64,000 nt of DNA from an uncultured delta proteobacterium (lineage in GTDB: Bacteria; Myxococcota_A; Polyangia; Polyangiales; Houyiibacteriaceae): the NCBI GenBank assembly GCA_963753395.1, contig CAVWBW010000013.1, positions 584,686 through 648,685 of the forward strand, read 5' to 3'. Below, piece by piece: positions 27,512 through 34,928 of this stretch. Numbering within the stretch: position 1 is the first letter of the stretch; the number at the start of each line of letters is the position of its first letter. The position numbers were made by a program, and so were the translations under genes. The notes under the pieces are model-generated. The model saw only the letters and a program-made list of their open reading frames with translations, did no database searches and was not told the DNA's origin.

Positions 27512-28027
27512 ATGGAAACCGACGATGCGGTGATGGACCTCACGGTGGCTTGCGTGACGTCCGTGAAAAATGCGACCGGGCTCGAGCTCGATATGAGCCA
27601 GGATACTCTCCCGATCCTCGATCACTATGCAGCGCTCACGGAGTCGCCGCGGGACGAGGTGGTGTCGCTGCTGGCGCCGATGTGTGGAGCGTATTTCGGG
27701 GAGCTGGTCCGCCACGAGCTCGACGATGGCGCGTGGCACATCAACTCTGAGAATCACTCGGAATGGCTCCTCTCGTTCGAACGGTCTTCCCTTCGCTTCA
27801 ATCCCATTGGCATTGCCCTCGAAGTGCTCCTCGGACAAGACGTTCCGGGCTGGGGCGCGCACCTGCAGGCGCCTCCAGAGGATCTGCTTCGCGTCAAGAA
27901 GGCGCTCGAGGTCTACGGCGATGTTCGCGATCAGGACTACTACCGATTCAGTGTTCGCTTCGAGGGGCTCGAGCAGGCCTACCTCGCTTTGCTGAATAAT
28001 CCCGAAGGCATGCGCCCGAAGGGTTGA
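27512..28027 (+). CDS. Hypothetical protein (171 aa)
   Basis: High third-position GC on the plus strand, and a better composition than the antisense ORF 27455-28030. Confidence 0.5.
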   Translation: METDDAVMDLTVACVTSVKNATGLELDMSQDTLPILDHYAALTESPRDEVVSLLAPMCGAYFGELVRHELDDGAWHINSENHSEWLLSFERSSLRFNPIGIALEVLLGQDVPGWGAHLQAPPEDLLRVKKALEVYGDVRDQDYYRFSVRFEGLEQAYLALLNNPEGMRPKG

Positions 28028-28605
28028 CATGTGTCACCCGACCTCCATATTTCGCCAAGCTCCTGGAAACACTGGCATTTTCAGTTCTTGATGTGACGGC
28101 TTCAGACATACCAGCGGTCGACCAGCCCGGTTGCGACGACCTCCTCACCACCGGTGACATGGCGCGGCTCAGCGAGAGCACGCTTCGCACGGTGAGGTTC
28201 TACGAGCAGGAGGGGCTCATCGAGCCAGCCCGGCGGAGCTCCTGCGGACATCGCTTGTTCACCGGTCGCGAGTTGATGAAAATGCAACTGGCCCTAGACC
28301 TCCGCGAGGCCGGGCTATCGTTGCAAAACATCAAAGACCTGTTTTGTCTGAAGTCCGATTGCGCTTGTCCAGAAGAAGCCAGCGAACGGATGTCCAAAGT
28401 GTTGAGCCTGCAAATCGACACCATGCAACAGAAGATTGCAAAGCTCCGAAAGCTGCGAGAGGAGCTGACCGCGATGGTGTCCGTCCTGACAGAATGCCAG
28501 TCCTGCGAAGAGGGCAACTTCCCTCTCGCATGCGAGAACTGCGACGTGCTGGGAAGCCCGCAGCTGCCGCGAGCGCTCCAAGTGCTCTGGCACGAGTGTG
28601 AGTAG
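28024..28605 (+). CDS. MerR-family transcriptional regulator with a Cys-rich C-terminal tail
   Basis: HTH LTTGDMARLSESTLRTVRFYEQEGLI, followed by a coiled-coil, with nine Cys overall (CLKSDCAC, CQSC, ACENC, HEC). The start is uncertain: TTG 28024 or GTG 28093. Confidence 0.75.
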   Translation: MTCVTRPPYFAKLLETLAFSVLDVTASDIPAVDQPGCDDLLTTGDMARLSESTLRTVRFYEQEGLIEPARRSSCGHRLFTGRELMKMQLALDLREAGLSLQNIKDLFCLKSDCACPEEASERMSKVLSLQIDTMQQKIAKLRKLREELTAMVSVLTECQSCEEGNFPLACENCDVLGSPQLPRALQVLWHECE

Positions 28606-28613
28606 AGGCACCG

Positions 28614-29276
28614 ATGGAGTGGCAACCGAGCACCCCCTTGTCGGTCGATGAGCTGGCAAAGCTTCCCGTGTTCCCGCTACCTCGCGTCGTGTTCTTTCCC
28701 GGAACCGCGCTGCCCCTTCATCTGTTCGAGCCGCGGTACACGCGGATGGTGGAGGAATGTCTCGACCGCGGCTGCACGGCGATGGCAGTCGCGTTGTTAG
28801 CGCCAGGCTGGGAGGACAACTACGAGGGCAACCCGGAAGTCTACGAGATCGCCGGAGCGGGTCGCATCGTCGCCCACCAGGAGCGCGCCGACGGTACGCA
28901 CGACATCATCCTTCACGGGCTCAATCGCGTTCGCTTGCAAGAGCTTCCGAGTGAGGGGCGGCCCTATCGCTGCGCGCGCGCAGAGCCGATTCGTGATTTC
29001 GGTAGCGCAAGCTCGGGAGACATGCTCGCCATGATGGCGTGCGCCACGCGCGTCGCAGCCAAAGTCCGAGAGCGCCAGCCCGATTTTTCCCTACAGGTGT
29101 CGGCAGAGCTGACGCCCGCCCGGGCCGCGGACATCGTAGCCGACCAGCTCGTCGTTAGCCCCGACGATCGGCAGCGCATCCTCGAAACGATCGATGTCGG
29201 CGAGCGCGTGGGTTTGGTCACCGAGGCCATCGCGTCGCTTTTGGCCCAGCTCTCAGAGGCTCACGCGCCTTCGTAG
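28614..29276 (+). CDS. LON N-terminal (substrate-binding) domain protein
   Basis: LPVFPLPRVVFFPGTALPLHLFEPRYTRMV is the classic Lon N-domain opening. The protein is 220 aa with no AAA+ or protease domains. Confidence 0.8.
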   Translation: MEWQPSTPLSVDELAKLPVFPLPRVVFFPGTALPLHLFEPRYTRMVEECLDRGCTAMAVALLAPGWEDNYEGNPEVYEIAGAGRIVAHQERADGTHDIILHGLNRVRLQELPSEGRPYRCARAEPIRDFGSASSGDMLAMMACATRVAAKVRERQPDFSLQVSAELTPARAADIVADQLVVSPDDRQRILETIDVGERVGLVTEAIASLLAQLSEAHAPS

Positions 29277-29358
29277 GCGGCAAGCATGCAGTCGAAGGGC
29301 GTATCGATGCTGCCTCGCATGGAACCGAACCCTGGCGTGTGGTAGCGAGGGTGGTCGC

Positions 29359-29979
29359 ATGAGCGGATCGAGCAAACACGAGACCACGGTCGAACGATAC
29401 GCGGAAGCACACCTGCCAACGAAGTTCGGGCCGTTTCAAGTAGTCGTGTACCGCGAGCTCGGCAGCGACAAGGAACATCTGGCGGTCATCGCGGGGGATG
29501 TTCGCGGCGCCGAAGACTTACTCGTGCGGGTGCACAGCGAGTGTCTCACTGGAGAGGTCCTCGATTCGCTCAAGTGCGATTGCCGCGACCAGCTCGACCT
29601 AGCGCTCGAGCGCATTCAGGCCGCTGGCAAGGGCGCTGTGCTCTACCTTCGGCAAGAAGGCCGCGGCATCGGCCTCGGAAACAAGATCCGCGCCTACGCG
29701 AAGCAAGACGAAGGCCTCGACACGGTGGACGCAAACCTCGCGCTCGGCTTCGAGGACGATCAGCGCGGGTATCAGATGGCGGCCGACATGCTGCGCGACC
29801 TCGGAGTCGAGTCGGTTGCGCTGATGACCAACAACCCACGCAAAGTGGAGGGCTTGGAAAGCGACGGAATCAACGTAAGCCGCCGAGAGCCCCACGAAAT
29901 CGAAGCCCAAGAGCACAACCGGGACTACTTGAAGACAAAACAAGATCGCCTCGGCCACCTCGGCACCAACGGCGACTAG
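29359..29979 (+). CDS. ribA: GTP cyclohydrolase II
   Basis: Contains VRVHSECLTGEV..SLKCDCRDQL, LYLRQEGRGIGL.NKI.AY and DTV.AN..LGF..D.R.Y. It is monofunctional in length (206 aa). Confidence 0.9.
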   Translation: MSGSSKHETTVERYAEAHLPTKFGPFQVVVYRELGSDKEHLAVIAGDVRGAEDLLVRVHSECLTGEVLDSLKCDCRDQLDLALERIQAAGKGAVLYLRQEGRGIGLGNKIRAYAKQDEGLDTVDANLALGFEDDQRGYQMAADMLRDLGVESVALMTNNPRKVEGLESDGINVSRREPHEIEAQEHNRDYLKTKQDRLGHLGTNGD

Positions 29980-30031
29980 CGCGTTGCGCGTCGCACTGGC
30001 ACCCGCACTGGTGCTGACGTAGGCTCCGTCG

Positions 30032-30658
30032 GTGCCGTACGTAAGTAAACCGCTCTGGGCGTTTCTCGCCCTCGCCGCCCTCTCGGCCTGCAGCAAGACC
30101 TCCACCAGCATTCCACTCAGTTGGAAGAACCCGGCCTACCAAGACGGCGGTTTCCAGAAGCTCTTCGTCATCGGTGTCGGCAAAGACGACGCCAGGCGCC
30201 GGCTATTTGAAGACACCTTTGCGAAAGCGATCGCCCTCCAAGGCGCTGCCGCCCAGGCGAGTTGGGGGCATCTGCCGCAGAGCGAACAACTCACCGAAGA
30301 GCAGATCCGCGGCGCGATCGAGGGAGGCGACTTCGACGGCGTCGTGGTCACCCGCTTGTTGGGGGTCGACCAAAGCAAGGAGTACGTTCCGCCATCGACG
30401 TACACCGTCCCCACGGCGCGCTACGGGTACGGGTACTACGGCTACTACGGAACCAGCTACGAAGTCGTCCACCAACCGGGCTACTCGAAGACGAACACGA
30501 CGTTCCGCATCGAAACCAATCTCTACTCGGTCGCGACCGGCGATCTGGTGTGGTCGGGCCAATCCGCCACCCTCAACCCCGAATCCCTTACCGACGTCAT
30601 CGAATCGATGACGTCCGCGGTCGCGAAGAAGCTCGAGGCCGAGAAATTGATTCCATGA
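30032..30658 (+). CDS. Lipoprotein, paralog 1 (unknown function)
   Basis: GTG start, signal peptide plus lipobox (ALSAC), a YGYGYYGYYG aromatic-glycine patch, and a C-terminus ...KLEAEKLIP. Confidence 0.6.
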   Translation: MPYVSKPLWAFLALAALSACSKTSTSIPLSWKNPAYQDGGFQKLFVIGVGKDDARRRLFEDTFAKAIALQGAAAQASWGHLPQSEQLTEEQIRGAIEGGDFDGVVVTRLLGVDQSKEYVPPSTYTVPTARYGYGYYGYYGTSYEVVHQPGYSKTNTTFRIETNLYSVATGDLVWSGQSATLNPESLTDVIESMTSAVAKKLEAEKLIP

Positions 30659-31318
30659 TGACGAAAGTCCGCTTGGGCGCCTTGTGCGTCGGTCTGCTTG
30701 CGCTCGCCGCCTGCAAAACCACTACTGCCACTAACTTCTCTCAGAGCTACCGAAATCCCGGCTTCGAGGAGACGGTCTTCAAGAAGATGCTAGTCGTCGG
30801 GGTCGCTCAAGATGCTGCGGGCCGAAAGGCCTTCGAAGACGCACTGGCGTCGGCCATCGCGAGCGAAGGGGGCACCGCCGCGCCGAGCTACACGATTCTG
30901 CCCGACGACGAGCAGATCTCGGAGGACCAAATGCACGCCGTGATCGAGAGCGAAGGCGCCGACGGAGTTCTCATTACGCGCCTACTCAGCGTCGACAAGG
31001 AGACCGAGAGCTACACGCCGCCGAAAGCAGTACGACAACGCTCAGACCCGCTACTACCCAGGCGGAATGGGCTACGGATACGGATATGGCGGCTTCTACG
31101 GTTTCTATGGAACGACATTCGCCACGGTACACTCACCGGGCTACTTCGAGACGAGCACGACGTTGAAGCTCGAGACCAATCTCTACTCCGTTGCGACGAA
31201 CGAGCTGGTCTGGACGGGGCAATCGGAGACCATCGACCCGGACTCGATCGAAGATGCCAGAACGTCGGTGACGAAGGCCGTTGCGACGAAGCTGAAGGCC
31301 GAGCGATTGATTCCGTAG
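30655..31318 (+). pseudogene. Lipoprotein, paralog 2, interrupted by an apparent +1 frameshift near 31024-31027
   Basis: The N-terminal part (MMTKVRLGALCVGLLALAAC...SVDKETESYTPPK) is in the frame of 30655. The C-terminal part (KQYDNAQTRYYPGGMGYGYGYGGFYGFYG...KLKAERLIP) is in the frame of 31067. The total length of 664 nt is 3n+1. Both halves align to paralog 1. Confidence 0.65.
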
Positions 31319-31364
31319 AAGCGTCAGCGATCGAGCGAACAAGCGATTGGCGTCGGGAGGTTTA

Positions 31365-31623
31365 GTTAAATCCACCCGCCCACCCCCACCGCGTAGTCCT
31401 CCCTCCGCGGCGGTTGCTGCGCTCCGCCTTGGCGGCGCTTCGCGCCGGGCTTCGCCCTTCGGGCTCGCGGGTTGCTGGCTGGAGGCTGGTTGCTGAAGTG
31501 GTGGCCTGCTTTGCTTTGGTTAACACCACCCGCCCACCCCCACCCGTAATCCTCCCTCCGCACCCTGCGCTGCGCTTGGGCTTGGCGGCGCATTCGCGCC
31601 GGGCTTCGCCCTGCGGGCTCGCG
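31365..31623. repeat. Two imperfect direct copies of a roughly 105-bp GC-rich intergenic element
   Basis: Copy 1 spans about 31365-31470 and copy 2 about 31519-31623. Both start GTTAA(A/C)..CCACCCGCCCACCCCCACC and end GGCGGCGC(T/A)TTCGCGCCGGGCTTCGCCC(T)TxCGGGCTCGCG. Each copy contains stacked mini-hairpins with TTC loops (GAA on the other strand). Confidence 0.7.
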
Positions 31624-31634
31624 CTGCCGCGCAT

Positions 31635-31734
31635 AGCGTCAGCGTCAGCGTCAGCGTCAGCGTCAGCGTCAGCGTCAGCGTCAGCGTCAGCGTCAGCGTC
31701 AGCGTCAGCGTCAGCGTCAGCGTCAGCGTCAGCG
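31635..31734. repeat. Perfect hexanucleotide microsatellite (AGCGTC) x 16.7
   Basis: 16 uninterrupted AGCGTC units from 31635 to 31730, plus AGCG. It lies in the convergent intergenic region between the lipoprotein pseudogene and prfA. Confidence 0.95.
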
Positions 31735-31765
31735 AGGGAGCTACCGCCGGTCCCCTCGTTCACAA

Positions 31766-31793
31766 GGGAAAACAACCGGCCGCGCGACCGGCT
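31766..31793 (-). terminator. Candidate intrinsic terminator of prfA
   Basis: The minus strand reads AGCCGGTC-GCGC-GGCCGGTT followed by GTTTTCCC. The hairpin begins at the prfA stop codon. Confidence 0.45.
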
Positions 31794-32869
31794 CAGTTGT
31801 CGCCGGACTGGTGCTGCATCAGCTCCGCCTGATGGTGGCTTCGGAGGGCCGTAAACAGGTCGACCAGATCGCCTTCGAGGACGCGGTCGAGGTTGTGTAG
31901 CGTGAGCTGGATGCGGTGGTCGGTGATTCTGTTCTGCGGGTAGTTGTAGGTGCGGATCTTTTCCGAGCGTTCGCCGGTGCCGACCATACTGCGGCGCTCA
32001 GAGCTGATCGCGCTCGCCTGGGCTTCGCGTTCGATCTCGAGAAGCTTGGCGGAGAGGATCTGAAGCGCCTTGGCCTTGTTCTGGTGCTGCGAGCGCTGCT
32101 GCTCGGAGCGCACCATGATTCCGCTCGGGATGTGCTTGATCTGCACAGCTGACATCGTGCGATTCACGTGCTGGCCGCCGGGGCCACCAGCCGCGGTGGT
32201 CATGATCTCGAGATCACTCGGGTCGATGTTGACCTCGTCCACGTCGTCGACCTCAGGAAGCACCGCGACCGTCGCCGTCGAAGTGTGAATGCGACCCTGT
32301 GATTCGGTCGTCGGGACCCGTTGCACGCGATGGACGCCGCCTTCGAAGCGAAGCCGGGAGTAGACCTTGTCGCCCTCGATGGACGCGATGACTTCCTTGA
32401 TGCCGCCGGCGGAGGCCTCGCTGAGCGACATCACCTCGACCTTCCAGCCTTGCCCCTCCGCGTATCGTGAATACATGCGGAAGAGATCCGCGGCGAAAAG
32501 TGCCGCCTCCTCGCCGCCGGTGCCGCTTCGAATCTCGAGGATCGTGTTGCGCTCGTCGTTCGGGTCTTTGGGGAGGAGCAAGAAGTTGATCAACTCGACG
32601 AGCTTGTCCCGCTCTTCTTCGAGAGTCGGAATCTCCTCGGCGGCGAGCTCCTTGAGCTCCGGATCCGACAGCGCCTCCTTGTGCCCCTCGAGCTCCTCGG
32701 TCACCCGTTCGTACCGATTGTAGGCCTCCACGACTTCTTGGAGCTCGGCGCGCTCCTTGGTGAGACCGGTGTAGCGCTTGGAGTCGGACACCACGTTCGG
32801 CTGACAAAGCAGCTCTTCAATCTCGCGATAGCGAGCCGCAAGCGACTCGAGCTTGTCGGAGGGAAGCAT
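31793..32869 (-). CDS. prfA: Peptide chain release factor 1
   Basis: 358 aa. Contains RVQRVPTTESQGRIHTSTATVAVLPE (PxT tripeptide, RF1-type) and a GGQHVN motif. Confidence 0.9.
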   Translation of the reverse strand: MLPSDKLESLAARYREIEELLCQPNVVSDSKRYTGLTKERAELQEVVEAYNRYERVTEELEGHKEALSDPELKELAAEEIPTLEEERDKLVELINFLLLPKDPNDERNTILEIRSGTGGEEAALFAADLFRMYSRYAEGQGWKVEVMSLSEASAGGIKEVIASIEGDKVYSRLRFEGGVHRVQRVPTTESQGRIHTSTATVAVLPEVDDVDEVNIDPSDLEIMTTAAGGPGGQHVNRTMSAVQIKHIPSGIMVRSEQQRSQHQNKAKALQILSAKLLEIEREAQASAISSERRSMVGTGERSEKIRTYNYPQNRITDHRIQLTLHNLDRVLEGDLVDLFTALRSHHQAELMQHQSGDN

Positions 32870-32871
32870 GG

Positions 32872-33885
32872 TTAGGCAGTGCGGGAAGCGCCGAGAGACC
32901 CTTCCCCGCTCAATACTTCTCTGAACCGACGGAAACTCGCAAAGACAATCGGATCTTCACCATGGGGAGCATCTTCTTGGATGCGCTCACGCCACGCGGC
33001 GGCTTCCATTGCCGCAATCGCGATTTCCACGTGATCGTCGTCAGGTTCGCGCGTGGTGATCTTCTGGAAGAGAAACCCTGGGTAGAGCACCACCCGGCGC
33101 CAACCCGTGGTGCAGAAACGCGCGCTGAGCTTCTGAAGCTCGTAGGAGATCGCGGCGATCACGGGGAGCAGCCCGATGCGGATAATCAAGAGCGACACCT
33201 GGCCGAGCCATCCTTGGACGTCCGGCATCAAAAGCGGCGCCACCAACGAGCCGAGGATGATGGAGACGACGATGACCACGACCAAGAAGGTGGTCCCGCA
33301 ACGGGGATGAAGCGTCGTCTGCGACTGCACGTTCTCGATGGTGAGCGGCAGGTTCTTCTCGTAGGCGTGAATCGTCTTGTGCTCGGCGCCATGGTACTGG
33401 AACAAGCGGCGAACGTCGGGGATGCGGCTGATCGCGAACAGGTATCCAACGAAGATCAGCAGCTTGAACCCGCCGATCAGTACGTGAAATGCGGTGTCCG
33501 TGAGGCCGAGGTCCCACCCGGCACCCTTGGCCGCGAGGCTCGCCAAGCCTTGAGGCAAGGCCACGAATAAGCCCAATGCAAGCACCGTCGAGATCAGCAC
33601 GGCGAGCTTGCCTGAGCCTTGGTCCTGAGCGAGCTCTTCCTCGGTCATCTGCTGCTCGGCCGAAAACTGAAGCGCCGAAAAGCCCATCGTCATCGACTCG
33701 ACCAGCATCGCCACGCCGCGAAAGCCGGGCAGCTTCCAGAGCTTCCGGGACCAGGTCGAGCGGTACGGCCCTTCGCGCAGAGCGATGGTGCCGTCGGGCC
33801 GACGCACAGCGACCGTCAAACAAGCCGGAGAGCGCATCATCACCCCCTCGATGACCGCCTGTCCACCGATGTAGGGCTGCGCCAT
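32872..33885 (-). CDS. DUF1385 family membrane protein
   Basis: Start at MAQPYIGGQAVIEGVMMRSP, the typical DUF1385 opening. Also YHGAEHK and multiple TM helices. It sits in the conserved position between rpmE and prfA. Confidence 0.8.
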   Translation of the reverse strand: MAQPYIGGQAVIEGVMMRSPACLTVAVRRPDGTIALREGPYRSTWSRKLWKLPGFRGVAMLVESMTMGFSALQFSAEQQMTEEELAQDQGSGKLAVLISTVLALGLFVALPQGLASLAAKGAGWDLGLTDTAFHVLIGGFKLLIFVGYLFAISRIPDVRRLFQYHGAEHKTIHAYEKNLPLTIENVQSQTTLHPRCGTTFLVVVIVVSIILGSLVAPLLMPDVQGWLGQVSLLIIRIGLLPVIAAISYELQKLSARFCTTGWRRVVLYPGFLFQKITTREPDDDHVEIAIAAMEAAAWRERIQEDAPHGEDPIVFASFRRFREVLSGEGSLGASRTA

Positions 33886-33950
33886 CGTGGCGACTAAGGT
33901 GCCCCTCCGGGGCGAAGTCCCCTGGGCGGTGCCTGTACGGGACACGGCCT

Positions 33951-34196
33951 TCAGTTGTCGGCGGGCGCTTCGGACGCCGCCTCGGCCGTCTTGCCCTTGT
34001 TCTTCGCGTACTTCTTGCGGAAGCGCTCCACGCGACCCGCGGTGTCCACCAGCTTCTGCTTGCCCGTGTAGAACGGATGGCACTCCGAGCAGATGTCGAC
34101 CTGCTCGATGGCCCTGGTCGAACGCATCTGGAACGACGCGCCGCAAGCGCAGTGCACGGTGACCTCGTTGTATTCGGGATGGATATCGGATTTCAT
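33951..34196 (-). CDS. rpmE: 50S ribosomal protein L31 (Cys-containing, Zn-type)
   Basis: [19 protein letters not shown]...[13 protein letters not shown]. Confidence 0.9.
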   Translation of the reverse strand: MKSDIHPEYNEVTVHCACGASFQMRSTRAIEQVDICSECHPFYTGKQKLVDTAGRVERFRKKYAKNKGKTAEAASEAPADN

Positions 34197-34315
34197 GGTG
34201 ATGTTGCTCCGTCGCTCCGCGAGGCCGCCGTATGTAGCCCAGGTGACCCGCCTCGGCAAATCATCGAGCCGAAGCCCGACGGCGGCAAGCCTGAGAGGGG
34301 TGAAATCCTGTAATT

Positions 34316-34861
34316 TCAGCCGTTTCTATCCTCGTTGACCTCCGTCTCCACGCCGGCCGCCTCCTCGACAGAAGCCGGCTCTTCGAGCGCGACCCTCACC
34401 CGCGGCGGAGCTTCGTCCGCGAGCTCCCGGAAGACATAGTGGATCTCGCCGTCGTCGGTGACGCGCATGGAGACGCGGACTTCATCGACGAGGTGATCGA
34501 GGAGCTCCTCGGCCTCCGAGCTCATCAATCGGAAATCGCGCGCAACGTCGCTCACCCGCAGCACGCCGGCATGCTTCTCCGCGAGCGAGTACAAGCGCTG
34601 CTCGGAAACGCTCTGCTCGAGCCGCTCAGCGCGACGCCGAAAACGGCGGCTCTCCCAGAGTCCAAGCCCGCCGGTTCCAAGCCCTGCTCCGCCGATGATT
34701 GCCGCGACCGTCAGCCCAGCGGCAGAGCCGGTGGCCGCGGCGACGATGCCCCCAACCAGCAGCCCCGCGCCTAGGGCTGCAATCCCTGCGATGTAGAAGC
34801 CAAGGGACCAGCCGCGAGCGATGCGCGCTCGAGCTTGGATACTGCGCTGCGAACGAGCCAT
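34316..34861 (-). CDS. Hypothetical membrane protein (two TM helices plus a cytoplasmic domain)
   Basis: 181 aa. Gly/Ala-rich TM segments [20 protein letters not shown] and [13 protein letters not shown]. Confidence 0.5.
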   Translation of the reverse strand: MARSQRSIQARARIARGWSLGFYIAGIAALGAGLLVGGIVAAATGSAAGLTVAAIIGGAGLGTGGLGLWESRRFRRRAERLEQSVSEQRLYSLAEKHAGVLRVSDVARDFRLMSSEAEELLDHLVDEVRVSMRVTDDGEIHYVFRELADEAPPRVRVALEEPASVEEAAGVETEVNEDRNG

Positions 34862-34928
34862 GGCGAAGGATAGCGCCCGATCGCACCGGCGCCTAGCGGC
34901 CGACCCGGTGCCACGTTAAGTTGCTCGG

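Noticed and set aside
27455-28030. 191-aa minus-strand ORF overlapping the 171-aa plus-strand ORF.
   Set aside because: The plus-strand frame has much higher third-position GC and a more protein-like sequence. The minus-strand ORF is probably its antisense shadow. Low certainty.
29277-29358. An FMN riboswitch upstream of ribA.
   Set aside because: Only about 82 nt are available, too short for the RFN element as I remember it, and I did not recognise its conserved core. Not excluded without a covariance-model search.
31635-31734. A possible CRISPR array.
   Set aside because: The unit is only 6 nt with no spacers, and there are no cas genes in the window. It is a microsatellite.
31362-31854. 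ORFs encoding (DA)n (minus strand, 137 aa) or (SA)n (plus strand, 146 aa) across the hexamer array.
   Set aside because: The flanking sequence is the intergenic repeat element translated (RWGWAGG and similar). There is no credible start context. The plus-strand ORF runs antisense into prfA. Both are treated as non-coding repeats.
31793-32869. An RF2-type programmed +1 frameshift.
   Set aside because: The gene is an uninterrupted RF1 (PxT-type motif, 358 aa), so no frameshift site is expected or seen.
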